The position numbers and the translations under genes are program-made. The notes beneath the pieces were generated by a model. The model worked only from the letters and a program-made list of their open reading frames with translations, did no database searches and was not told the origin of the DNA. Below are positions 10,212 to 20,657 of a stretch of 64,000 bases of DNA, piece by piece (position 1 is the first letter of the stretch; every line of letters starts with the position of its first letter). Source of the DNA: Candidatus Latescibacterota bacterium (lineage in GTDB: Bacteria > Latescibacterota > UBA2968); NCBI GenBank assembly GCA_965198115.1, contig OZ240241.1, forward strand, positions 1,728,001-1,792,000, given 5' to 3'.

Positions 10212-10311
10212 GGTGAGGAACGCAGGATTCATCCGCCTGTGACTTTTAGTGTATATTGTGGTTTTAAAATGATTTAAGCTCATAGCGAGCTTGTAATTTC
10301 TGGAGACCGCG

Positions 10312-11115
10312 GTGTATCTCGAACACTGGGGACTGGACGAGCTACCGTTCGAAAATGTACCAGATCCTCGATTCTTCTATCCTTCCGCCGAGCACCAGGA
10401 AGCGTTGCTGCGACTTTTTTACGCAGTGAACAGCCGAAAGGGCGCTGCCATGCTCACGGGCGAGATCGGGTGCGGGAAGACCATCCTGAGTCGAACCCTC
10501 ATTCAAGATCTCCCACCCGATCGCTATGAAGTTGGTCTGGTCGCCAATCCCAGCCTCTCTCCCGTCGAATTTCTGCGGGAGATTCTCTACCAGCTGGGGA
10601 CGGAATCCAACTCCGAATCGAAGCTTGACCTGCTGCACGCCTTGAACAGTCAGGTCACCCAGAGCCTGAATGCGGGAAAAGACACAGTGGTCATCATCGA
10701 CGAAGCCCAGGCCATCGAAGACCCCGCCACGCTCGAGGAACTCAGGCTTTTGCTCAACTTCCAACTGAACGACCGTTTTCTACTGACACTTCTGTTGATC
10801 GGACAACCCGAGTTGAGAGAAAAAATCGGATCCGTGAAGCAACTTGAACAGCGGATCTCGATCAAGTTTCACCTGGGCCCACTCAAGGCTGAAGAAACGC
10901 GCTCCTATGTCCTGACCAGGCTGGAGAAAGTAGGGGTCAAGAACAGCCTTTTCAGTGAGGACGCTCTTAACCTGATTCATCGAGTATCCGAGGGTATTCC
11001 GCGCGAAATCAACAACATCTGCGACATCTCTCTTCTACTCGGTTTTGGCGCGAAGGCCACGGAAATCAGCGCTGACATTGCCAACAAGGCTGCGCAGGCC
11101 ATTAAACAGATCTGA
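10312..11115 (+). CDS. ExeA/GspA-family AAA ATPase
   Basis: YLEHWGLDELPFENVPDPRFFY, GEIGCGKT, IIDEAQ, LIGQPEL, GIPREINNICD. Confidence 0.9.
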   Translation: MYLEHWGLDELPFENVPDPRFFYPSAEHQEALLRLFYAVNSRKGAAMLTGEIGCGKTILSRTLIQDLPPDRYEVGLVANPSLSPVEFLREILYQLGTESNSESKLDLLHALNSQVTQSLNAGKDTVVIIDEAQAIEDPATLEELRLLLNFQLNDRFLLTLLLIGQPELREKIGSVKQLEQRISIKFHLGPLKAEETRSYVLTRLEKVGVKNSLFSEDALNLIHRVSEGIPREINNICDISLLLGFGAKATEISADIANKAAQAIKQI

Positions 11116-12486
11116 TGCCACGACTTTCAGACATGGTCCGGGCGGGTGAGACCGCCCTCAAGAACGAGGAACTGGCCGAACATCAGCGGGCCCAGTCTCA
11201 GGAACAAGGCACGCAGACTCAGGAACAGGGCACGTTCACAGGTCTTCCCCGTGCCGAGGTCCCCAACACGCAACCCATGCGGGATTTCCCAATTCTGAGC
11301 CAGATCCACTCCGAGGTCGGCACGATGGCCTCGGTTGTCGACCAGATCAACCACATCACGAACTACATCCAGGGTTTTCCGACGAGTGAACGACCGACCA
11401 TGCCGTCTCCTCCCCGCGAGACTGCTCCCCCGGAAGCTGCGCCGGCGACGATCGCGCCGGAGCAGCCTCCGTCCCAGCCACAGACCATAGACGCGCAACC
11501 CGCGGCACCGACTCCGCAGCCCCAGGCTCCGGCTGAGCCGGCTCAGGCCCCAGAGCCCGAGCCGGCGGTCTCGGCCGCATCCGAAGAGGAGATCAACCTC
11601 CTCTACGACCAGCTCTATGGTTTCGTTGAAGGCGTCGCGACCGCGGTGCGCCAGGGGTCTCCCTTCACTGTTGATGAGGCGTTCGGGCACGTATCCAAGG
11701 TGGTCGACACACCCTCCGCGTCCGACGTGCTCTACCGCCGAGCCATCTACACACGAGAGTCGAGTGACGACGAGCAGGGCTTTGCGTCCGCAGTCGTGTT
11801 GCACTCGGTAAACGTGTGTATCTATTGTCTGAAGATCGGCGAAGGTCTCAGGTATGGGCGTGACCAATTGATCGATCTGGGCGTCTCCGGACTCCTTCAC
11901 GACCTCGGGATGGTGAAACTGCCCGCCGAGTTCTTCACCAAGGGCAAGCTGGAGCCTGAAGACATCGAACGTCTCCACAAGCACCCTTTCGACGGCCACA
12001 CAGTACTCAGCGCCCTCGGCGAGAATCTCCAGTGGTTGGCGGAAATCGCCCTCCAGGAGCACGAGCGGTGGGACGGGTCCGGCTACCCGAATCAGGTCCA
12101 GGCCGACCAGATTCACGAATATGCCCGCATCGTCGGAGTCGCCGATTTCTACGCCGGGCTCACGCGATCCAGACACGATCGACGCGGCCGATCCTTTCGA
12201 GGCAGTAAAAGAGATCATCCAGACGCATAAATCGAAGTTCGAGCCCAAGGTGGTTCGCATTCTGCTCACCAAACTGTCCGCCTTCCCGATCGGTAGTCTC
12301 GTCAAACTCAACTCCGGTGCGAGCGGTCGCGTTGTCGCCACCGACGAGGCCTCCCCCCTGCGTCCGGATATCCAGATCCTCTACGATGCCCAGGGTCGGC
12401 CGGTCTCCGAGGACCGGATCATCAGGCTGCGCGAATACCCGATCCTGCACATTACCGACGCCATTTACGAAGAAGACCTGAAGTAG
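11115..12486 (+). CDS. HD-GYP domain protein (c-di-GMP phosphodiesterase family), frameshift near 12190
   Basis: HSVNV, HDLG, EHERWDGSGYP; the 12121-12486 frame gives the typical C-terminus PFEAVKEI...FPIGSLVKLNSG...PLRP. Confidence 0.85.
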
Positions 12487-12493
12487 GCTCCCC

Positions 12494-14481
12494 GTGGAGG
12501 CCTCCGAGTATGCCCGGGTTTCAGCACTCGAGGGATCCCACTGGTGGTATCGGACACTCCATCGTTCGATCAGAGACCTGGTTCGGAGGGACGCCTGTCC
12601 GGGTCGTTTGATCGACGCTGGGTGTGGAACCGGCGGTATCCGGGGGTGGCTTCCAGAATTCACCTACTGGGGAGTGGATCTATCGGCGGATGCCCTGTCA
12701 TACGCGGACCATCGAATCCGGATCCAGGCGTCTGTCGAGCACCTGCCTTTTCCTCGCAACCAGGCCGATGTGTTGCTGAGCATCGACGTGCTCTACCACG
12801 CTTGGGTTCAGTCCCCGGCGGCGGCCGTCACGGAGGCCCTAAGTGCATGGTTTCATAAACATTATTACGTATGTTCTGAACCTTATTTGTAACTTATGTT
12901 CTCCTTCAAAAGGAGGAGAACAATGCCAAGACATTCGCCTTATGTGGTGCTACTGTCTGAGAAGGAACGGGTCGACCTCGAGCGAATGGCTGGACAATAT
13001 ACGTTATCGTATTATCAAGTGATCCGATCGAAAATCGTGCTTCTCGCCGCCGAGGGATTATCCAACAAGATTATCGCCCAACGGTTGGATGTCCCGCGTC
13101 CGATCGTAAGCAAATGGCGTAAGCGCTTTTTCGAAGAGCGTCTTTCGGGACTCGAAGATAGATCTCGTCCCGGGCGCCCGCCCGGTTTTCCCCCCTCAGG
13201 TGGTCGTTCAGATCAAGGCGCTGGCGTGTGAACTACCGAGCGAGAGCGGGATACCGCTCTCGCGGTTCAGCTGTTCCGAGATTGCCGCCGAGGCAGTGCA
13301 AAGGGGCTTCGTTGCCAAGATCAGCGGCGCCACTGTCTGGCGCTGGTTGAACGAGGACGCGATTCGTCCTTGGTATCATCGCTCCTGGATTTTCCCACGG
13401 GACCCGGACTTCCAAACCAAAGCAGGTAGAGTCCTTGATCTGTATCACCGCCAATGGCAAGGAAAGCCTTTAGGGCCGAGGGAATATGTACTTTCTGCCG
13501 ACGAAAAGACCAGTATTCAAGCACGAGCTCGCAAGCACGTTACCCTACCGCCAGCCTCGAACAGAGCGGCACGCGTTGAAACACGAATACGAGCGGAAAG
13601 GAGCCCTGGCCTATCTGGCTGCTCTCGACGTGCACAATGGTCGAATCTTCGGTCTCTGTGAGTCTTCTTCGGGTATCGAGCCCTTCAACCGGCTCCTGAG
13701 CCTGATCATGAGCCGGAAACCCTATTGCTCGGCAAAGAAAGTCTACCTCATCGTGGATAATGGCTCCTCGCACCGAGGGCAAACATGCATCGACCGTATC
13801 CAGGGGAAGTGGCCAAACATCCACCCCGTTCACCTTCCGATCCACGCAAGCTGGCTCAATCAGATCGAGATCTACTTCTCGATCCTCAAACGCAAGGCTC
13901 TGACACCTATCGAATTTGCATCGCTCGAAGAGCTTGAGGCAAGAATCCTCGGTTTTCAGGAACGCTACGGACGTATCGCCACACCCTTCAAATGGAAGTT
14001 CACACGAACAGATCTCGCGGAGATGATCGACAAACTCAGGTTCTACGATACGCCCTTGGCAAAGTCTGCTTATAATACGTCACCGTATTTGAGAACAGGA
14101 TTACTAAGGGTCCTCGAGCCTGGAGGGCTCGCCGTCTTCCACGCTCCGGCGCTCTCCGTGCTGCGGCGCGATCACGACCGGGTCGTGATGGGCAAGCGTC
14201 GGTTTACGCTCGACCGACTCTGCCGTATTCTCCGTGGCGCCGGGTTCACGATCGACTTCGCTTCCTACCAGTTTTCTTTCCTCCTGCCTTTTGCCTTGAC
14301 TGCCCGTCTCTTCCGTTCGACGGGTTCGCAACTCCGATCTGACCGCCGGCTCTCGAACGCCCTGTTCGGCCTCCTCGGAGCGGTTGAAGCCGTCCTCCTC
14401 GGCCGTGGCGTCTCCCTCCCGATCGGGACCTCGGTCATCATCGCAGCACGAAAGCCCCTAGGCCCGCCGGCTCCCGCGTGA
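12494..14481 (+). pseudogene. Class I SAM methyltransferase split by IS630
   Basis: EGSHWWY, DAGCGTG, DVLYH; removing the IS and one TAA restores EALRVLEPGG and continues in frame to 14481. Confidence 0.85.
12843..14104 (+). mobile_element. IS630-family element (orfA 12896-13231; orfB from ~13200 to ~14075 with an extra frameshift near 13570)
   Basis: HTH orfA; DEKT, EYERKG, DNGSSH, SWLNQIE DDE motifs; imperfect 30-bp IRs; TAA flanks at 12840-42 and 14105-07. Confidence 0.92.
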
Positions 14482-15593
14482 AACCCTTCGCATCCATCAC
14501 CCGCTCGCGGGCCGCCATCGTAACCATCCTCTTAGCAGCCTTCGGCACGACCCTCGGTGAGAGGGGTTTGAAGACCTACTACGAGGGCGGCAGCTATGGC
14601 TACTACCAGTCCACGGAGGTCTACCTCGAGGACCGGCATACACTCCTGCTCTACCTGCCGCATCCCGACTTGCTTTGGTCCCTCCGACCGAGCATCAGCC
14701 TGTCTCTCCACGAAGAGATCATCGGGTTCGATCGAAGCGGACCGCTACCCTCGGTTCGATACGACTGGACGCTGCGCACGGACGCCGACGGGTTCCGAGC
14801 GCACGGGAGCGATCGTCGTCGCGCGGAGATCGCGTGCTTCGGGGATTCGCGCACCCTCGGCGAAGCTTTGAGGTCCGATGCCACCTATCCCGCGCAGCTC
14901 GAAGCAGAGCTCGGCCGCCGAGGTTACACCAAGATCGTCGCGAACCTCGGACACGACGGATGGTCGATCGACCAGGGAGCCCGACTGCTCGAGGCCTCGC
15001 AAAACCTCCAGCCTCGGCTACGATATGCGATCTTCTGTTTCGGCATCAACGATGCCGACCGCGCGTGGGGAACCACCGATACCGAGCGTATGCGGCAGAA
15101 GAGCCGAACGTTCACGACCATCCAGCGAAGCCTCTACGGATCCTTCGTGTTCTATTGGGCTCAGCGTAGCTACCTTGGGGTGCTGGCAGGACTCCGCGGA
15201 GGAACAGCTGCTGAGCCCATACTCAAGACAGAGGGCCCGCGCAGAGTGCCGTTGCCCGAATACGGCCGGGTCGTCAGACGCATCGTGGAAGTTTGTCGCA
15301 CCCGATCGATCACACCGATCTTCCTGATACTTCCCAGAAACCCCTACTTCGATTGGTCACCCTGGGTGCCTGACACCGAGAAACGGCCTATCTTCGACCT
15401 CTACGACGACGTGATTGTGGCGACGGCAGCTAACACAGATATCATTGTCGCAGATATGCGTCCCGTGTTCGAGCCGGACTCGGATACGTTCGTGGACGAC
15501 ATGCACCTGAGCGGAACCGGTGCGGCCTGGGTCGCGTCGGTCGTCGCGAATACCCTCGAAGAGATCGGAAATGAACTACCAGCGACACACTGA
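14478..15593 (+). CDS. SGNH/GDSL hydrolase-family membrane-anchored protein
   Basis: FGDSRTLG, NLG, FGIND, DDMHLS motifs; N-terminal TM. Confidence 0.85.
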   Translation: MKPFASITRSRAAIVTILLAAFGTTLGERGLKTYYEGGSYGYYQSTEVYLEDRHTLLLYLPHPDLLWSLRPSISLSLHEEIIGFDRSGPLPSVRYDWTLRTDADGFRAHGSDRRRAEIACFGDSRTLGEALRSDATYPAQLEAELGRRGYTKIVANLGHDGWSIDQGARLLEASQNLQPRLRYAIFCFGINDADRAWGTTDTERMRQKSRTFTTIQRSLYGSFVFYWAQRSYLGVLAGLRGGTAAEPILKTEGPRRVPLPEYGRVVRRIVEVCRTRSITPIFLILPRNPYFDWSPWVPDTEKRPIFDLYDDVIVATAANTDIIVADMRPVFEPDSDTFVDDMHLSGTGAAWVASVVANTLEEIGNELPATH

Positions 15594-15843
15594 CCTCCTC
15601 ACGAGCGTCTTGGAAGGGGAGCTGGTCATCTACGACGAAGCGAATGGCGTCGTCCATCGGCTGAACCCCACCGCACGAGCGATCTGGGAGCGATGCGACG
15701 GACTGCATTCAGAGAGGGAGATGGCCGACTCGCTGGTGGAAACCTTCGACGTCAGCCTGGAGGAGGCTACAGTTGATGCTCGACAGGCCATCGTGACGCT
15801 GACAGAGCAACAGCTGATCGAAGTGACCGAAGAGTCTACATGA
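15571..15843 (+). CDS. PqqD/RRE-family protein
   Basis: 90 aa; GELVIYD...VHRLNPTARAIWERCDG...DARQAIVTLTEQQLI. Confidence 0.88.
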   Translation: MNYQRHTDLLTSVLEGELVIYDEANGVVHRLNPTARAIWERCDGLHSEREMADSLVETFDVSLEEATVDARQAIVTLTEQQLIEVTEEST

Positions 15844-16681
15844 AAAAATTACTGTATAGCATTGCAGAAGAATGCGTTGAAGTTGTGTCTGAGAGCTCCA
15901 GTGCCACAGAAGTCTTGGCCTGTCTCCTACAGGGCTTCCGAGTGCCTGAGGCCGAAGAGAGTCCCACCCGTTATGAAATCCGCGGATCGGGCCCGTTCGA
16001 GATCCTGTCCGAGGGGCGTCGAAGATTTCGTTCGGAGTCGGCGCACAAACTGGGCACCAAGCTGGAGTGGACGATCGTTCAGGACGCCTTGTCCCGTTGT
16101 CCTCACGTGGTGATTCACGCTGCTGCCGTTGCTTTTGAAGACACGACCCTTCTCATCGCCGGTCATCCCGGCGCGGGTAAAACCACACTCGCCCTAGGAT
16201 TGGCCGTCGAAGGGGGCAAGCTTTTCACCGACGAAGCTACGCTCCTCTCCGCCTCGAAGCGTATCATTCCCTTTCCAAGAGTCATCCGGGCAAAGGGCAA
16301 CACGCTGGAACTCGTCCAGCGCCTCGGAAGCGCGTCGAACAGCGCCTCGGAAGCGCGTCGAACTCGGCACTTCCAGACCCGTGTTTTAGACTCAGCGATG
16401 TCACCTGTCTCTGCCCACCGAGCCTTGAGGATGGTCATCCGGAAGCGTCTCCACGGATTGTCGTGTTCCCCGAATACACGCCCGGTGAGCGGTCTGTCTC
16501 AAAAGTGACTCGAGGAGAGGGTCTCGCCTGCCTCCTCGAGCACGTTCTGAACCCGAGGAACAGTTTTCGCGTTCTCTCGGAAGTGGCCGAGGTTGCCACT
16601 TTCTATCGAGTTCGAAGCGACGATCTGCAATGGTCCGTCGAGCGAACCTTGTCGGCTGCGTCGACCGGGGCTCCGGCGTGA
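15840..16681 (+). pseudogene. HPr-kinase-related P-loop kinase, frameshifted by a 23-bp tandem duplication
   Basis: IHAAAV, GHPGAGKTT, FTDEA, PFPR; removing one CAGCGCCTCGGAAGCGCGTCGAA unit joins in frame to VFPEY...GAPA*. Confidence 0.8.
16317..16362 (+). repeat. Perfect 23-bp tandem duplication
   Basis: CAGCGCCTCGGAAGCGCGTCGAA x2. Confidence 0.95.
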
Positions 16682-18144
16682 CACGCGGTGCGCTGTTCGT
16701 CTTCCTTGGATTCACCGCGCTCTTCGGTGTCTTCCACGCGACGAATCCGAATCTCCTCGGTGTCGATGGCTACTTCCACATCACGTTCAGCCGGACTCTG
16801 TGGCAGTCGGGATTGCCCGACTCGATCCCCCACCTTTCCCAAACGATCTTCGCAGAGCGTTTCGTCGACGACCATCTGCTCTTCCACTTGATGCAGATCC
16901 CTTTTTCGGCGCTGGGACTCATCCTGGGCGCCAAGGCGTTGACCGCCATCTCCGCGGGGCTTGTCTTCGCACTCTTCTACTGCGCCTTGAAGGTCGGAGA
17001 AATCGAGTGGCCCCTTGCGTGGACCCTCGGTTTGGCGTGCACTTCTCAGGCCTTTATCTCACGCATCTGCCTCCCCCGCGTCTCCGGGCTTTCGCTCTGC
17101 GTACTCCTGGCAGCCACGATCTTGGTCTTGCGTAAGAAGGATCGCTGGCTCGGCCTCCTCTCGTTCCTCTACGTGTGGCTTTATGGGGGTTTCCCGCTGT
17201 TGCTGATGGTGGTCGCCGTCGCCTTCCTCGTGGACCTTTTCCACGGGCTACCACCCAGGTGGAGCCTGCTCGGATGGACGGTCGGAGGAACCGTGCTCGG
17301 CCTGGTGACACACCCTTATTTCCCAGCTCATAGCGAATTCCTGTGGACGGCGTGGACACGCATCGAGCTTGGCCAGTTCTCGAACGAAATCACGGCGGGC
17401 ATCGAAGACTATCCGTTCCGGACCACCGAGGTTGTGAGGCGGGCGCTCCTGGCCTGGGGCGTATCACTGCTGGTATTCACCGTTCACCTGCTCGAGCGGC
17501 GCCAGCTCTCGCGCGAGGCAACGTTTCTCTTCGTCGTTTCAGTCGTTTTCCTCGTCCTCTACATGCTCGTCAGACGATTCGTGGAGTATTGGCCCCCATT
17601 CGCACTTCTCTTCGCGGCTTACGCCCTCGACCCCCTCTTTCGAGAGCGCGCATCCTGGAAGCCGGTATGGCGCCGCGGGGCCGCTTTATCGATCGTTACG
17701 CTGACGATTCTCCTTGGAATCGACAACTTCACGAACTTGCACGCCGAGATGACGGAAGCGCGACAGATCCGAAACTACCGGGGACCTGCCAGGTTCCTCC
17801 AGCAAACGACAGCCGAAAACGACATCGTGTTCCACACCGACTGGTCGGACTTTCCGATTCTCTACCACCTGAACCGCCGCAACCGCTACATCGTGGGGCT
17901 GGGTCCCCACTACATGCACGAGTTCAGCCGGTCGACACATATTTTGTGGAGAAAAGTGATCGAAGGAAGACAGCCCGCACCGTCATCCCTCATCCGGGAA
18001 CGGTTCGGAGCGAAGTGGGTCTTTGGGAAGAAGCCAGCGCGCCTGATCCCCAGACTCAGGGAAGATCCGGCCGCCAGCATCGTTTACGAGGACGACTTTT
18101 CGGTCATCTTCCGAATCGGAAGCGATCCTGAAGGACCTGTCTGA
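16678..18144 (+). CDS. Polytopic GT-C-fold membrane protein, STT3/AglB-like layout
   Basis: DGYFH after TM1, many TMs, GIEDYP loop, C-terminal soluble domain VFHTDWSDFP; GTG overlaps the upstream stop. Confidence 0.6.
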   Translation: MTRGALFVFLGFTALFGVFHATNPNLLGVDGYFHITFSRTLWQSGLPDSIPHLSQTIFAERFVDDHLLFHLMQIPFSALGLILGAKALTAISAGLVFALFYCALKVGEIEWPLAWTLGLACTSQAFISRICLPRVSGLSLCVLLAATILVLRKKDRWLGLLSFLYVWLYGGFPLLLMVVAVAFLVDLFHGLPPRWSLLGWTVGGTVLGLVTHPYFPAHSEFLWTAWTRIELGQFSNEITAGIEDYPFRTTEVVRRALLAWGVSLLVFTVHLLERRQLSREATFLFVVSVVFLVLYMLVRRFVEYWPPFALLFAAYALDPLFRERASWKPVWRRGAALSIVTLTILLGIDNFTNLHAEMTEARQIRNYRGPARFLQQTTAENDIVFHTDWSDFPILYHLNRRNRYIVGLGPHYMHEFSRSTHILWRKVIEGRQPAPSSLIRERFGAKWVFGKKPARLIPRLREDPAASIVYEDDFSVIFRIGSDPEGPV

Positions 18145-20657
18145 CCAGATGCCCTGTTGCGTAGACGAAGAGACCCACCATCAGGAAGGCATTGAGGCGA
18201 TCGACCCTCACGCCAATAGGCGTCCAGGCGTAACCCGTTTCGAGCATCCACAGCGTGAGCACGAGCCCGGCCGAGAAGACAAACGACAGTCCGCAGTAAA
18301 GCCACCGCAATCGCCGATGATCGACTGCGCCCACGGCCAGGAACGGAAACGCGGCGAAGAGGTGATTCTCGTGGATTTCGATCACGACGGAGAAGAACGC
18401 AAGACCCATATACCCACTCGCCAGGATCAGCGTTCGTGGCTCCGGGCGGCGATGCACCCACGTCAACAGAAGACCCACACACAGGGCAAAGACCAAAAGC
18501 CCCAGGTCGATCGCCCGCAGTCCGAGCAGCAGGACCTCCCGGTCGGAATGGAATGGGGGTGCGGGTTTCCACAACCACCACACGTTATGCGCACATCCTG
18601 AGAGCCACGCGTGAATGTGTGGCACATTCAGTACCATGCCGAATACGTCGGGTAACGTCTGGTAGTAGAGAAAGGGAACCAAAACGAGGAGGGTGAGCGT
18701 GACGACGACGGGGACCGAACGCACGACCTCCCGCCACTTTCCCCGAACAAATAGGTAGAAAACCACGGGGACGATGTAGATCGTGGCCTGAGGTTTGGTC
18801 AGACAGGCGGCCCACGCACAGCCGACTCCGACGGGCCCGTTAGGGTTCGGAATAAATAAACGGTCGATCTCAATGTTGAGCCATTGGCCGGATCGTGTAG
18901 TTCCAGTCGCCGTGGAAATCGTGCGGAGTGAGATCGATTTGGGTCATCTGTTCATCGGTCACCTTGACCCCGTTAGGGTAGGGTCGCTTGTCGATCTCGG
19001 AGCGTACTCGGAGACCGGCTTGAGTGGTCGTTCCGGCAATGAGATTCACGGTTGCAGCCAGGCTGACCAGGGGCTTGCCTCGCCAGTTCATAGCGATGAA
19101 GGAGAACAGGCGATGTTCGATCTTGTTCCACTTACTAGTGCCAGGAGGGTAGTGGCATACGGTGATCGTCAGGCCAGTGCGATTCGCAAAGCGCTGCAGC
19201 TCCCACTTCCACAGCCGCGTCTTGGCGCCGTTGCTGCCGCCTGCGTCCGCCGTGATTAGCAGATGCGTCGAAGTGCCGTAGGCGGGCCGTCCCATGTTCT
19301 TCCACCAACTTCGGATCGCATTCACGGCGAAGCTGGCCGTGTCGTGATCGATACCGACACTTACCCAGCCTTCATCACGGCTCAGATCATACACTCCATA
19401 AGGGATCGCCTTGCCCTGAGCAGGCACTATGAAATCGTGTACCTTCACACGCTCCGGGTCTCCCTTGGGTCGCCATTCTCGGCCAGGATTCTTGAAGTCG
19501 CCGATCAACTCTTTCTTCTTGGTGTCCACCGAGATAACGGGAAGGCCCTGCTGCTGCTGCTGGCTAATCCGATCATCGAGGTAAACGAACTGAGCGTCCC
19601 GATCCGGGTGTGCAGATCCCTCCCTTGTCTTCCGATTCGCCTGCAGCGTGTAATCGTGTTCGTGCAGGAGATTGGCAACGATCCTGGGGCTCACCGAATG
19701 CCCCATCGCTTGCAACTCGGCGGCCAGTTTGCGAGTGCTCTTCGATGTCCATCTCAGAGGATTGTCGTCAGGCGACCCCGCAGTCGTTGGCTCGACCAGA
19801 TCATTCAGGTCCTGCCACAGCGTCGGGTCCGTGTCGGCCTTCCGCTTACGACCGCCGCCTGGACGCCGGATGCGAGCCGGGTCCAAAGGTTCGTCCGACC
19901 TCAACTCCTGAATGCCACGAAAGATCCGCTCTCTGGACATTCCTGTCGCCAGAGCCACAATCGCGATCCCACCGTGACCCAACGCTTCGGCTTCCGTGGC
20001 GGCCCACAGACGACGCGTGCGTTCCGTCAGCACCGGAGCCAAGGCTTCATACTTCGTTCGGAGAGTTTCGACGTCCACACTCCGAGCGTAAGATCATTAC
20101 CTTGAAAAGTGCAGCACTTATTTCGTGGCAAACCCTTACCGCGAAGCGCGTATAGGACGGCCACCGTGACGATCATCGTGTGAAAGGCGTCCTGATAGCC
20201 GAATGCGGCGGTCGCGAGAATCAGCCCCGGGTTGTAAGCGCAGTACCTGAACGCCCGGACAGGGTCCACTCCGGCGTCCCGGCCCAGGTGGTAAACCGCG
20301 ACGCCGAAACCGGCGCTGAAGACCACCATCGCGACCTTGAGTCCGAAAGTCAGCGCACGACTGTAAAATCGCCGAACCAGGATGAGAATCCGAAGGTGTG
20401 ATAGAGCCACCCGATCGACTTGGCAACGTAGAGATACAGCGGAAGCCAATCGTAGCCCCAGTCATACGCGCGGTGGATGCCCACGACGTAGGCCTGATTC
20501 GCCCAGTGTTTGAAGGAGGGCTCATCCGCGTATTCTTCAAAACCCGCCGCGACCAGGGCCACACACAGGTAGAGCATCGATGACAGGGCCAGATCGCGCC
20601 GCACGTCTGCAGGAACCAAACGCGTGAGAAGGTGATGATTCACGTCGGACGCCATCA
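18104..20657 (-). pseudogene. GT-C glycosyltransferase (ALG6/GT87-like) interrupted by ISAzo13, plus a frameshift near 20365
   Basis: DEPSFKHW, YDWLPLYLY, YNP, GYQD, TKPQ, IHENH; removing the IS restores LRGNGPVG. Confidence 0.75.
18843..20135 (-). mobile_element. ISAzo13-family element (transposase 18870-20078)
   Basis: SVDTKKKEL, DHDT, ADAGGSN, SKWNKIEHRLF; IRs GGGTTCGGAATAAATAA / GGGTTTGCCACGAAATAA; TTA direct repeat. Confidence 0.95.

Noticed and set aside
11197-11238. 21-bp imperfect repeat (QEQGT x2)
   Set aside because: In-frame, in a low-complexity linker; no evident significance
15571-15843. PQQ biosynthesis or a lasso peptide cluster
   Set aside because: No pqqA/B/C/E, lasso cyclase, B2 peptidase or precursor visible
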